Part shown: piece by piece, positions 1 to 12,443 of the stretch | Numbering within the stretch: position 1 is the first letter of the stretch | Layout of the letters: every line of letters starts with the position of its first letter | Notes under the pieces: generated by a model | The model's database searches: none | What the model saw: only the letters and a program-made list of their open reading frames with translations | What the model was told of the DNA's origin: nothing | Made by a program: the position numbers and the translations under genes | Assembly (NCBI GenBank): GCA_051294375.1 | Contig: CM119263.1 | Span: 454,019 to 518,018, forward strand | Origin: Paraspadella gotoi | Lineage: Eukaryota; Animalia; Chaetognatha | Direction of reading: 5' to 3' | DNA length: 64,000 bases

Positions 1-1422
1 ATCGTTTGTTTAATGATATTAATTCCCCTTGTGGAATAAATAATTAGATATGTATATTTCTGCGTTTCTTGCCATATACGTATGAGTATGACCTTTCTCT
101 TATTTTCCTCTTTTTCGTTCAGCCTAAATAATTGTCAGTTAGTTACACTAAGTAAACCGATAACGATTGGGCAACAACTCCCAATAGATGAAAAACCTAA
201 AAGGTAAATACATCAACTTTTATGAAACTATGCAACAGTTACAATTTAAGTTACATGTAAATAAATTGTTATAATTTTAGGAATGATGATTGGACGATCT
301 CTTTCAAGTTCCTGTCCTCCGCTTCAAAAGGAATCGATACAAAATGAAAGGAGGTTGACGATAATGATATTATTGTTCAGAATATATTCTACACAGCATT
401 CGGCTTTAGCAAAAGTGGTCCGTGGACATTCAAGCTTGCCCCGACAGTTCCGACCCGTCTGATTAGGAAACGCTTTTCGGGCGGTAATACAAAATCGCCA
501 CACAGACGACAGAAGATTTTGGATCTAACAATTTTTGTGACGAATGTCGGAATGTCTCACTTCAGAAAAAGCTTGATTCGTCGACATTTCTACAAGAACG
601 CATGACAGGTATTTAGCGGGAATCTGGGACGGTTTAACAATAATAAATGTCCATCTTTCATACTAAAATTTCGTTTTAAAATACTTTTGATAACTTTTCG
701 CCTTTGATGCCTGGGCGTAAGGGACTTGGACCCCTCAGTTGCCGAGTAATTCATTTGATTCAAAGCTCGTAATTTGAGGACGCTGAACGCAAGTAATCAA
801 TAGGGAAGATAGATTATTTGCGAATCGTTGGCAAGTTGTCAACGAATCGTCGTTGAGTGTAGCCTAATAATGACGTCTCAGATCAAATTCCATTTTTTCC
901 GTTGTTTTCACATTTTCAATCGAAACTGATAATCCGAGATTAAGCTTATTATTAAAGGACGGACAGATCTTGCAGTTTATATCGTTTTCCCTTATGCGGG
1001 TTGTGGAGGGGGAGGTCTTGTCTTTTGATGGAAAACGAAAAGGAATTGTGTTGCTGTGTCACTAAGCGAAATTGTTTCCAAGTCGATTGGGTGTGCAAAG
1101 GTTTAAACAAAAACTTTTTGTCCTCATTCAGTTTTTCTATACTACGTCTAGGCTATATAGTTAAATTCAGGATTTTGGACGAACTAAGGTAACAATATAT
1201 GATTATCGTTTTAATCGATATGTCACTCTCATCATATCAATGAATTGCGATATATCACCAGTTCACTATCAGGGAATTCACAAAATATTATCAGCGCACT
1301 TATCAAATATTTTGTCCCCAAAAAATTATCATCGAAAAAATGTTATCAATAAGAAACAAAATTGGACTTAGCTCTTTAAGTATTTAATCGATAAAATCTA
1401 ATCAGGTTTTAAGGTTTTTGTT

Positions 1423-1522
1423 NNNNNNNNNNNNNNNNNNNNNNNNNNNNNNNNNNNNNNNNNNNNNNNNNNNNNNNNNNNNNNNNNNNNNNNNNNNNNN
1501 NNNNNNNNNNNNNNNNNNNNNN
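1423..1522. other. Assembly gap (100 N) with duplicated flanks
   Basis: 100 Ns. The 39 bp before the gap (1384-1422, ttaatcgataaaatctaatcaggttttaaggtttttgtt) recur immediately after it (1523-1561). Confidence 0.95.
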
Positions 1523-1735
1523 TTAATCGATAAAATCTAATCAGGTTTTAAGGTTTTTGTTTCCTTTGCACACCCTTTCACCCGCTGACTCAAAATATTC
1601 ACTAAGATCGGGACATCGTTAAACTTGTGTTTTTTTTTGTAATGTCATCTTCGATACCCGATTAATTTCAATTCCACTTTCCGCTTATTTATTTTCAATA
1701 AAAAAATTTAAGCGAAAACTCTTTCACGTCACAAA

Positions 1736-4700
1736 ATGTCCGAAGAAAAAAACGGCACAAATCTATATTTTTTCGGTTTTTGTGGAGATTCTCCCTTTTG
1801 GGATCCACGAATTTCATGGCACACGGCAACGCCCTCTCTAAGCCTCTGTTTCGTTGACGTGATTTCCGCTTGGGCGCCTTCATTGTTTCTTATTTGTTCC
1901 CTCGTTATTCGTCCTCGCCTATTGACTTTGAAAAAAACTCGCGCTGATCATCCGTCTTCCCGGAGATCGACGGCGGTTTATGTCGCCCAGCAATTTTTTA
2001 ACGCTGTGGTGCTGTTAGCCACCTTGATAGATTTGGCTGTACGAATTCACGCTCAATATAGCAGGTTTTAAAAATACTGTAATACGTGAACTTACTTTGA
2101 TTTAATTATATTTTGAAAAATTTCAGCACCCGCGCCAGAGATGTTCCGACGTTTTTCTATTCTACAGCACCGTTGGTTGACGACGCCATGCTCATCGCAT
2201 CTATCTCTCTCGTCATCGTCTTGACGGGCATGTCGAGATTCGATGGACCTTTCCGAGCAGCAACCTTCTCCGTCGTATTCTTTTTCTGGCTTCTGCACTT
2301 TTTCTCCCACCTCCTACCTTTCCAACACTATTTGATATGCTCATTGCATCCGCGGCTTTTCTCTTTCCCAGAACTTGAAAAGAAAATTGCGTTGACAGTT
2401 TTTGTCTCCACGGCTGGTTCCTTATCGGCCTTGACGCTATGCTGCTTTGCAAGAAATGACGGGTGCTGCTAAGATTTTAAAATGTTGCTTTTGCAATATT
2501 CACATTTCACAATCCAGTAAAATTTCACTTATAGCAACAGCCGGGTTGTAATGCCCATTGGTATGGGGCATCTCACTTTTGACTTTGGGGCTTCCGACCC
2601 TCAGTGACGCCACCTGTCACTGGCGCAGTTTCCCTAGGACGGTCTCGCTTTTCCAACACAGAGGGAAGTCGTTAGGACTGTGGATGGAACGTAACGCTTG
2701 GGATGGTGCGTTCCTTTCTGAGCCAATGTGATTGACTGAATGAAGCAGGAGGTGAGGCGTTGTGAATATACCGCCACAACGTAAAATAATTAATAATTAA
2801 TAATATTAATAATTAGTCTTCATTACATATTTAACTATTTATTTTCATTTCATTGTCTTTTTTTGTCTTCAAAGCATATGATATAGAATCATTTAAAATC
2901 TTTGCTTCACCCGAAAGAGCAACAAGTGACCTTGATTCTGCAAGTATTCCTTCAAAATGGACTTTTTTTTGGCTGGGGAAATTATTATGGAAGGGTTTCA
3001 AACATCCCCTTTCAGTTGATGATTTAGGGACTCTTCCTAATCAATTCAATATTGACCATTCTATTAAAAAATTTTACAAAAGATTATGCACCGGAAAACT
3101 GGAAGACAAAAAAAATATCATTAATGAAAAAAGCGGAACGTTTTTTGAAAATTGTAAATCAGTAACAAGTGCATTAGTTGTCTGTCACATTTCAGAATTC
3201 GGGATGGTGTTTTTTCTTCGTCTTCTTTTTATTGCAACTGACCTTCTCAAACCCGTTGGTCTTGGATGGTTATTAAATCATTTGTCACAAAGGCCGGATG
3301 TATATTCTGAAAAAATTTACCAACAGTGGCTCTGGAAAGGCCTTTGTTATGCTTTCTTTATTTTCTTTTTAACTTTAGTGCATCCATACGCTCACAACTT
3401 TTACTGGTGGTTCAGCAACAATTTGGCTTTAAAAGTGCAAAACTCGTTAATAATGACCATTTTCGTAAAAAGTTTCAGGAAAAATATTACTGGTGATGAA
3501 TCGTCAACCACTGGAGAACTCATAAATTTGATCAGTGTTGATGCTCGCCGATGTTTCTTTGGAATACAAAACATTGCTGCCCTTCTTTTGACTCCAATTC
3601 ACCTTACTTTAGCAGTCTGGTTGCTTTACCGTGAGCTTAAATATTCTTCATTAGTTGGAGTAGCTTGTTTGGTGGCATTAGTCCCTTTGACAATGTTTCT
3701 CGGATACAAAATAAGAATACTACAGGAAAAACATATGAAATTAAAGGACGAAAGAGTTAAGATGACTAGAGAAATTCTGAACAGTATCAAAGTTATTAAA
3801 TTTTATGCTTGGGAACAATTTTTCATTGATAAAATTTCCGAAGTTCGGAAGAAGGAGATGTATACATTTAGACAACAAATGTTTCAAAGAGCTGTGATTG
3901 ACATATTTTTTAACGCATCACCAGTTCTTGTATGTGTTCTATCGTTTACTTTGTATATTTGTTCTTCAAATGAGAATATTCTGAATGCGGAAAAAGCGTT
4001 TGTCTCTCTTACACTTATTAATAGCATCCGGTTTCCTCTATTGCTCATTCCATCTTCTCTTCTTGTAATATTACATTTTTTTGTGGCGATTCGGCGTTTA
4101 GATTCATTTTTTACCAGTGTCGAAATAAAGCAGCTTGCTGATGATCACTTAAATAGTGAGGATTTTGCTGTTAAAGTTAAAAACGCTTCTTTTACTTGGC
4201 ATGGTAAACAAGAAATATTTTTAAAAAGCATAAACTTTGATGTCAAGTCAGGGAGTATGTTGGCAATAATAGGAGAAGTTGGATCTGGTAAAACTGCTCT
4301 CATAAGGGCTCTTTTAGGGGAAATGAATAAAGTCACTGGAATTGTCAATATTCTAGATAATGTTGCTTTAGTTTCTCAACAACCTTGGGTTCAAAATGGA
4401 ACTGTGAGAGAAAATATATTGTTTGGCAAAGAAATGAAAGAAGACAAGTATCACTCAATTATTAAGGCCTGCGCTTTAGAATCAGATTTGTCCAGTTTCC
4501 CTGCCTATGATAACACAGAAATTGGTGAAAGAGGAGTTAATTTATCCGGGGGACAAAAACTGCGCCTATCTCTTGCACGAGCCATATATGCGGATGCTGA
4601 TCTGTATTTGTTGGACGATCCACTGGCAGCGGTGGATGCCCTCGTGAGGAAACATTTAGTTCAGTATGTACTTTCTTCAGAGGGGCTTTTGGGTAAAAAA

Positions 4701-7489
4701 ACTCGCATCATTGTTACTAATATTTTATCATGTCTTCCATTAATGGACAATATTCTCTTACTTGATAATGGAAAGATTTTACAAATTGGTAAGTTTTGCG
4801 ATTTGTCCCCTGAAAATGATTTTCTGAAGAATTCATCTCGGAAGAGCGATGAAACTGAAGAGATTACTGCGATGGGTAACTGTCGCTCAAGCAGTTACGA
4901 GGGTAAACTCATCGAAAATGAAACTATAAATTTTGGCAGCATTGGTTTATTCACTTACCTTCAATATCTGAGGTTTATGGGTTGGTTTGTGGCTGCAATA
5001 AGTATCATATCTTTTGTGAGTTCTCGAGTGTTTGATATGGGAGCAAATTTAAAGCTATCAGAGTGGACAAATGATATTCATCATGTGCTAAATAATTCAA
5101 AAATTTATATTTTACCAGAAAAGCATCGGAATCTGCTAACTATTTATATTGTATTAGGAATTATATCTTGTGTATGGGTGTTTTTCGAAAGTGTCTTTCT
5201 TGTCATAGGCTCCGTAAGGGCTTCCAGAATATTTCATGAGAAATTAATTGCTCAGATAATGGCCTCCCCGATGTCATTTTTTGAAACTAATCCAACAGGT
5301 CGAATTCTAAACCGATTTTCTGCGGATATTGATATTATTGACATAAAAATATTTGAAAATATGAGCGATGCTTATCGAGCAACGCTGTTTTGGATTTCCT
5401 CGTTAGTTGTAATCACCATTATAAAGCCGTGGTTTTTAGCCTTATTTCCAATTATCTTGGTAATTTTCATATCATTTCAACGCGTCTATATTCGTACAGC
5501 TCGACAGTTACATCGATTGGAGTCAATTACTCGATCTCCAATCTTATCCCTTTTCGGTGAAACGCTAAATGGTTTAATTCACATTCGAGCATACAGAGCG
5601 GAGCAAAGATTTCTCAAAGATTTCCAATCTCTAGTCGAGGAAAATTCCAAGGCCGCCTTTCTCATGTGGACCGTGGATGAGTGGATGTCGTTTTGTCTTC
5701 AGAATGTAGCGGCCTTCATCACTCTCTTTTGCGTGCTATACGATGTCTTGGACGAATCCACGTCTCCTGGAGAGACTGGTTTGATGATAAGTTACGCCAT
5801 CTCCTTGGTCATGTCCATAGCACATTCCTTGCGTTGCATTTCTAGGCTGGAGAACGATTTCGTAGCGGTCGAACGGGTGACGGAATATAGTCAATTACAA
5901 ACCGAAGCTCCATGGAAAAACGAAGTCTCTAAATCCATAGATGCTTGCTGGCCAATGAATGGTGAAATTAATTTTAATAAATACAGTTGTCGGTACAGGG
6001 ATAAACTGGATTATGCCCTGAAAAATATAGACTTTTGCATTAAAAGTGGTCAACGAGTAGGAGTTGTTGGTAGAACTGGGGCAGGAAAATCCACTCTGAC
6101 CTTGGCTATGTTCCGCATCATTGAAGCGGCAGGCGGTGGTATAGACATCGATGGACGATCTATTGAGGAACTTGGTCTCCACGATTTGCGGTCGAAGATC
6201 GCCATTATTCCCCAGGAGCCCATTATATTCTCTGGCACCCTCCGCGAAAATTTGGATCCTTTTGAACACTTCAGCGATAGGGAAGTGTGGAAGGCTTTAG
6301 AGACAGCTCATTTGAAAGATTTCGTCGGCACCCTCTTCGAACGTTTGAATTTTCAATGCGCAGCTGGTGGAGAGAACCTTTCTGTTGGACAACGCCAGCT
6401 CGTCTGTCTGGCGAGGGCCTTGCTTCGGAAGCCTAAGGTTAGGGTTGGTAATCGTTGAAGCTGCATATAAGCTCTGAATTGCCAAATACGAAAGTTGGCG
6501 GGAAAAACGAAAATTTTTTAGTTGTCGGCTTTCCAAATTATAGATCACCTTTTTATATGAAATTGGTACAACCAATATAAAAATTATCCATTCATTTAAT
6601 AAATAAGCTATCTTGTCCCTGACTTTGGGCAGGCTTTGGTGGTTTAAGGCCTCCATCACACTTTCAAGACTTTCTCACAGTCTTATTTATTCACTCCCAG
6701 TGAATAATATATTATTTATATATATATATATATTATTTATAATTTTATGAAGCTCAAGATTTAGATATGGCTTCTCATCATCATTCATAAATGTCCTTCA
6801 AAAACGATAATGTTATATTTCTAATATATAATCTGTGATTCCCATCTGTAATATGCAAATTAGCATATAGTATAGAAATTATTTTTATTTCATTTTTTTT
6901 AAATGTGTCTGTTTGTCTATCTGTCATTGGATATTCCTGTTATTATTTATGTATTAATCCAAGTTTGTCATAGGTCCAGATTTTTTTTTTTTTGCAATTG
7001 CGACGATCCTTATGAGATTTTTTTAATTCTGTGACGGTAGACTAATCTTGCTAAGCTAAGCAACTGGGCTTTCCTGACAATCGCTAATCTATGTCGTTAC
7101 AACTTTTAAACTGTTTTTTTTTTATTCAGATTCTTCTCCTCGATGAAGCCACCGCATCCGTTGACGTTAAGACGGGCTCCTTAATTCAAAAGGCGATAAG
7201 GTGAAAAAGAAAAAAATTCAAATGTTAAAATATATTTAAAAAATATATCTAATTGCCAAACTGACAAAGGAGCGAATTCCCCGGCGCCACAGTGATTACC
7301 ATCGCCCACCGCATCGACACTATTGTGGACAACGATTGCGTGATGGTGATGAGCGAGGGGCGCGTGATCGAGTCTGGCCACCCGCGAGTCTTGATGCTCG
7401 ACTCATCTTCACACTTTTACGAGTTGGCCAGAGAGGATGGGATCCTCGCTGTTGGAGACGATGTCTCCAGAGTCGGAGACGCCATTTGA
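1736..7489 (+). CDS. ABCC/MRP1-like long-form ABC transporter, copy 1 (exons ~1736-2064, 2127-2462, 2918-6437, 7130-7200, 7270-7489)
   Basis: N-terminal FCGDSPFWD..PSLSLCF TMD0 start. NBD1: GEVGSGKT / LSGGQK / LYLLDD. NBD2: GRTGAGKS / LSVGQRQ / ILLLDE / TIAHR. TMD2 motifs FFETNPTGRILNRFS and ARQLHRLESITRSP. Spliced frame is continuous and exon structure matches copy 2. Confidence 0.93.
2524..2780 (+). mobile_element. Structured ~250-nt interspersed repeat (family B), copy 1, in ABCC intron 2
   Basis: Similar to the reverse complement of 38062-38304. Flanked by direct repeat GTAAAAT (2517-2523 and 2781-2787). Ends in hairpin GGCG(T)TGTGAATATACCGCC followed by ACAAC. Confidence 0.75.
6556..6700. 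repeat. Interspersed repeat family A, truncated and internally deleted copy
   Basis: Starts tatgaaattggtacaaccaatataaaattatccattc, as do the copies at 7831, 37554 and 37878. Confidence 0.85.
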
Positions 7490-7830
7490 CTGAAATTCGA
7501 TTTGCAATGGGTTTAAATTCTATGTACAATCACGATGATGAAATTACTTTCCAGCTTTTTGAGACTTCTCTATTTTTAATAAAACGTTTAATAATTTAAA
7601 AAAATGTACTAGCTCAATTATTATTTTTTACTATATTTTTCAGCTTTAGCTTTTTTAAATATTTTAAATATTTTTTATTTTTAAATATTTTTTAAATATT
7701 TTTTAAATATTTTTTTACGTTTTTAGATTCTAATACAATGCTTTGTGATTTGTGATTGTAGATCCTGTTCATTTAAATTGTTTTCGTTTCCTTGATCACA
7801 TATTTTAACATATATTTTCATATAGATATC

Positions 7831-8084
7831 ATGAAATGGTACAGCCAATATAAAATTATCCATTCATTTAATAAATAAGCTATCTTGCCCCTGACTTTGG
7901 ACAGGCTTTGGTGGTTTAAGGCCTCCATCTCTCTTACAAGATAATGACATAGCAGGTCCTGCAAGCTTTCAATCAAGACTCTCTCACAGTCTCGTTTATA
8001 CATCCCAGAGTACCTGGCTTCCCTATCAATGAAGTGGTATAATATTTCAAGAATGTTTCAATTGTATGAAAAGACCACTCCCTT
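7831..8084. repeat. Interspersed repeat family A copy followed by short (TTATGG)n tract
   Basis: Near-identical over ~250 bp to 37554-37812; ttatgg repeats run to ~8120. Confidence 0.85.
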
Positions 8085-8284
8085 TATGGTTTTGGTTTAT
8101 GGTTTATGGTTTATGGTTTGTGATTGCTTTAGATCCCATTAAAAAGTAATCCACAGGGTCAATCCGACGTACTCTTGGGTATAACTTGACAAACTTTGCT
8201 TTCCTATTTCCATTTTAATGATTGGAGGCTCGATTCTGTTTTACTCTGGTTTGCGTAGCAACTTGGGTCGCGCATCGAAGAACG

Positions 8285-9597
8285 ATGAGTTCGACAACTC
8301 GATTCCTTGAAGTCGACGGCAACAAAATCGCCTATCGATCTTTTCGACGAGTGACAGTGAGGTATGAGGAAAGGCGCGCTAACTGAATGAGATTATATGA
8401 TATCACATCAGCGGTAACGAGCCTTACCTTTCCTTTAGGGATCCAAATCTCCCATCACCGTCCTATTCTTTCACGGTCTTTACTCCAAAATGACTGGGAA
8501 AGGCGACGATGCTAGAATCCGCTTGTCGTCAAGATCTTCGTTCCTAGTTCGATTCGACTTCACCGCTTGCGGTTAGAGGGGAGCTCTGTTTTCCCCAAGC
8601 CAATTCTCCCTGCGATTTTTATCACAAGTACTCGCTCTGCACCCAAAGGCGAATCACCCGGAATCCGTTGGACGTGACTTTGTCGATATGGAAACGGGAC
8701 GCTTTAGCGGTTGTGGATCATCTCACGGAAGGCGAGTCCTCTTGAATATATTGGAAAGCTGGAAGGACAGGGTCTAGAGCGCACGTTAACCCTCGGACCG
8801 AAGTGCGAGGATCACATACCTTAGAGGATACCTGGATACCTTTTATTGACCGTTTTTAAGAAGTTACAATTACAATGTGAACGAAGCATCTAACTCAATT
8901 TTTTATTATTTTTAAGGTCCCCTTGTGATCGTTGGATCTTCTTCGGTGCCTGGCTGATGCTGCTCGTTGCTCTTGAAAGGAAAACCGAATTGTTGGTGAG
9001 CTTCGTCTCTCATATTCCTTTAAAATTATTTTACCTTCACTGCACTATAGGGATTACCTTTTATCTCGCAGTCTCTCTCTCCCTTTTTCTTTCTTTACCC
9101 TCTTTAACAAGTCTTCTCGGCTTAGCATCCGCCCCCGATTTCATGGTCTCCCGAATAGAAGGCATTGACGCGGCTTCGGGCGGCGCATTGAGCCGTGACG
9201 GGTTCGTCAAATACCCTGACTTGACGGAAGGTCCTTACGTCGTCTCTAAGGAGATGCTCGAAGACGCTCGCGCCAACGCAGTGCTAGAGTCTCATCGCCT
9301 CGGGGACATTTCTTGTCCGGTTGGTTGAAGTTTTTTTTTTGAGGACTGGTTCGGAGCCCGTTTTCTATGTTTTCTATCTGTTACCGCCAGGTCCGTCTCA
9401 TTCACGGCCAAAGAGATGACGTCGTCCCTTTTCGTGTTTCTCTAGATTTGAGCGCAGCGCTGAAGGGAACCCAAGACGTAGAAACCATACTTCGAAAGGA
9501 CGGCGATCATCGTCTCTCGACATTGGAGGATTTGGAGCTCATTCGTCGAACCTTGCACGCACTTTGCGAGAGAATCTTGTCTTCGTCACCAAAATGA
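8285..9597 (+). pseudogene. ABHD10-like alpha/beta hydrolase with several frameshifts (pseudogene or sequencing error)
   Basis: Exonic pieces read KIAYRSF, SPITVLFFHG, VRFDFTACG, TLSIWKRDALAVVDHL, PLVIVGSS(F)GAWLML, LLGLASAPDF, CPVRLIHGQRDDVVP and KDGDHRLS, giving the Ser/Asp/His triad. Joining them needs several 1-2 nt indels. Confidence 0.75.
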
Positions 9598-9716
9598 CTT
9601 TTCTCTCTGTTACAAGTCTTGTTTTAGAGACCGTTTTCAAAATTTTTTAGTGTTTGTTTCGTTTCAGGGAATCAATTTTATAATAACAATAAGCAATAAA
9701 TAAAAACCAGTAAAGA

Positions 9717-11952
9717 ATGGAAAATCAGAAAGTCGATTGTTTTTCGACGTGCCTCCCAAATACTTCGGTCAAACTCGAAATCGAGGGCGAGGAGCTTGAG
9801 TCAGTTGTCGAGAATGTCTCTATCGATTTTCCCGCGAAGACATCTCCTTCGAAAGTTTTATGTAAAAGGGAGATAAAAGAATCTCTTTCGATGCTTTCAT
9901 TTGACAATGGAAAAAGTCTAGACATATTTGAGGATAAGAAGCTGACCAAACAGGAAAAGGAAGAAATTTACATTAAAATGGAAGTTGATTTTGTTGAGAA
10001 ATTATCGAGTGTAATTAAGGATACCCAGAGTGAAGCTTGTCAGGACAACAGTGACATAAAAGTTGAGACGATGAGAAATAGTAGTTTGAAGACAGATTCC
10101 CCGTCCGAGGAATCGAGATTCGATAATCATGAAGATGGATTAACTAATTTTCCTAAAGTTGGAGTATCTTCCTCAGAGGATATCATTCTGAAAGTTGACG
10201 ACGAAAAGTTATCTCAAAATGGGGTTGTGTTCGTGAAAGAATCGCCGTTGAAAGTGGAACCATTGGAAAAAATGGATTTTCATAATTACAGAGATGACCG
10301 GGAATTAAAAGAAAATGCATTGGTTACAGCTCCAGGTGTTACAAGAAATATCAGGGTGTATAATTTATGTTACCCAAAACATTTTTTACATATCTTATAG
10401 TCAAAAATTTTATAATTACATAAGAATTTATTCTTGCGTAAAAATAATTTTGCTCTCATATTTCACGTAACCAACAGTTTCCTCCAAAGGAAGGGTAATA
10501 AAAACTAGGATGACTGCCGAGCAACTCCGCGACGCTATCGACCCAATTGGCGATTCCGAACAAGACACGGACCCTACCTTTGACCCTAAAAAGAACGATG
10601 ACAGGATGAGCAATAAATCAAAGGCTCGTTGCCGTTTTTGTAAGACTAAACTCAATCTCTCCTTGGCCTACCATCACATGTTTCACGATCACGGTCCGGA
10701 ACTCTCCCACCTTTGCCCCTTCTGCGACAAAGAGTCAGTTCCGAACATGCCCGTTCACATTGCGTCGGCTCATTTCAATCAGAGGATTTTTCGTTGCGAT
10801 GAGTGCTTGAGTACCTTTCTCAGGGAAGGTGATTACAATCGTCACAGGTACTAGGAATCTTCTTTTCTTTTAACTTTCCTTGAGAATCGACAAGTATTTG
10901 ACCAGGTTTCGGCATTCGGCCACAAAAGATTTTGGGTGCGACCGGTGCCATAAAGGTTTTTACAGGAAAGAGGAACTAGATAATCACAAATGCTATCTTT
11001 CCACCGGAAAGAAACGAAAGGTAGGAATATAATATTTTAAAGACTTTAATATTAGAAAATAATTTGTGGCGGGTTTTTTTCGACGATTGTCTTAATACAA
11101 GCAAAAAAGATAGTATTTGGTATTGAACAGATATCCGAATCGGAAACCTTTGAGTTCAACTGGGTTTGCGAAATTTGCGGCGTATCCTATGCCGAGCGCA
11201 ATAAATCGAGTCTCAACTGCAAAGTCCGACTCCATAATTATTCTACTCATTACCGCGACAAAAGTCCCTACGTTTGCCGTCAATGCGCCAAGCCCTTTGC
11301 CTCCAGGTTTTCTTTTAAATTTTCTGTTCTCTGACTACACCTGGCCCATTTCCTTTGGTCAATTCTTTCCACGCGTCTTCTCAGCACCCGGCTGCGAATT
11401 CACGAAGAGACACACACTTCGTCCTGCCCCTTTAAGTGCCTCTTTCCCGGTTGCGGCAAGGCGTTTAAAACGAGCGGGTATTTGTCTCAGCACCGGATCT
11501 TTCATCGAGAACCCAAGTTTGCTTGTCTTTGCGGCGCCAAGTTCCATCTCAAGTTTCTGCTGAGAGATCACAAGAAAAAGTGCGAGGGGATGAAAAGGGG
11601 CAGGGAGGAGGGGGATGTGGCCGAGAGGGTTGGTGGAGACGATGGCGTTGATGTCAGTGAAAAGTGCGTTGACGATACGGGTCCTCGACGAAGAGGGAGA
11701 AAACGCATTTGTAAGTCGATTTTGGAAAGCAAAGATAAAGACGGCGGCGTTGTCAGTGAAAAGAGCATTGATGATACGGGTCCTCAACGCAGAAAGAGAA
11801 AGCGCATTTGTAAGTCAAGCAAAGATAAAGACGAGGGCGTTGCCAACGACGGACGATCGAAAAGAAAAAAACGGGCTGCGACGGGCAAACGCCAGGTGCA
11901 GCGAAAAATGTTAAATACGAGGAAAGAGAAGAAAAGTATGGAGGAAGATTAG
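9717..11952 (+). CDS. Multi-C2H2 zinc-finger protein with acidic N-terminus and basic C-terminal repeat (about 5 exons)
   Basis: Fingers CRFC..HMFHDH, CPFC..HIASAH, CDEC..H, CEIC..HNYSTH, CRQCAKPF..HEETH and CLFPGCGKAF..HRIFH lie across GT-AG introns. Confidence 0.85.
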
Positions 11953-12443
11953 AAGTGAAATTGGAAAGAATTAATTCGTGACCTGTGACCTGTTCGGATC
12001 TTTAGCGTAGGTTAGAAATCAATTAGTAACTAATTATTTATTCTCCTTTATCTATTTTCAATTTTGACGTATTATAGAATAATGTAATATTATGGGTGTT
12101 ATATTGTTTATTATCTGTTATCAATTTTTGTTTCGATTACAGTTACTCAAAATTAGGAAATAACTAATTTAATCTTTTCCGTCGAAAGACTCTCTTGCTG
12201 CAACCGAAAGACTCTTGCTGCAACCGCTTCAGGCGAATGATTTTTGATAACAACGCCCTCACTTTTTGGGCGATCATTAATATTTATAATATTTTAATAT
12301 TCGAGGCACAATTATATTTGACAAAGCATATTCGTATTTCTCTTATAGATTTAAATAATGGAGGCTGGATTTTGACCATGCGGAGTTAGTCCGCCGGTAT
12401 TCTTGCCCTCATCCTATCAAACTCAGCCCCCCGCTTTGGCGCC

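Noticed and set aside
281-608. Possible exons of an upstream gene (AG at 280, GT at 609)
   Set aside because: No consistent open frame or recognisable protein.
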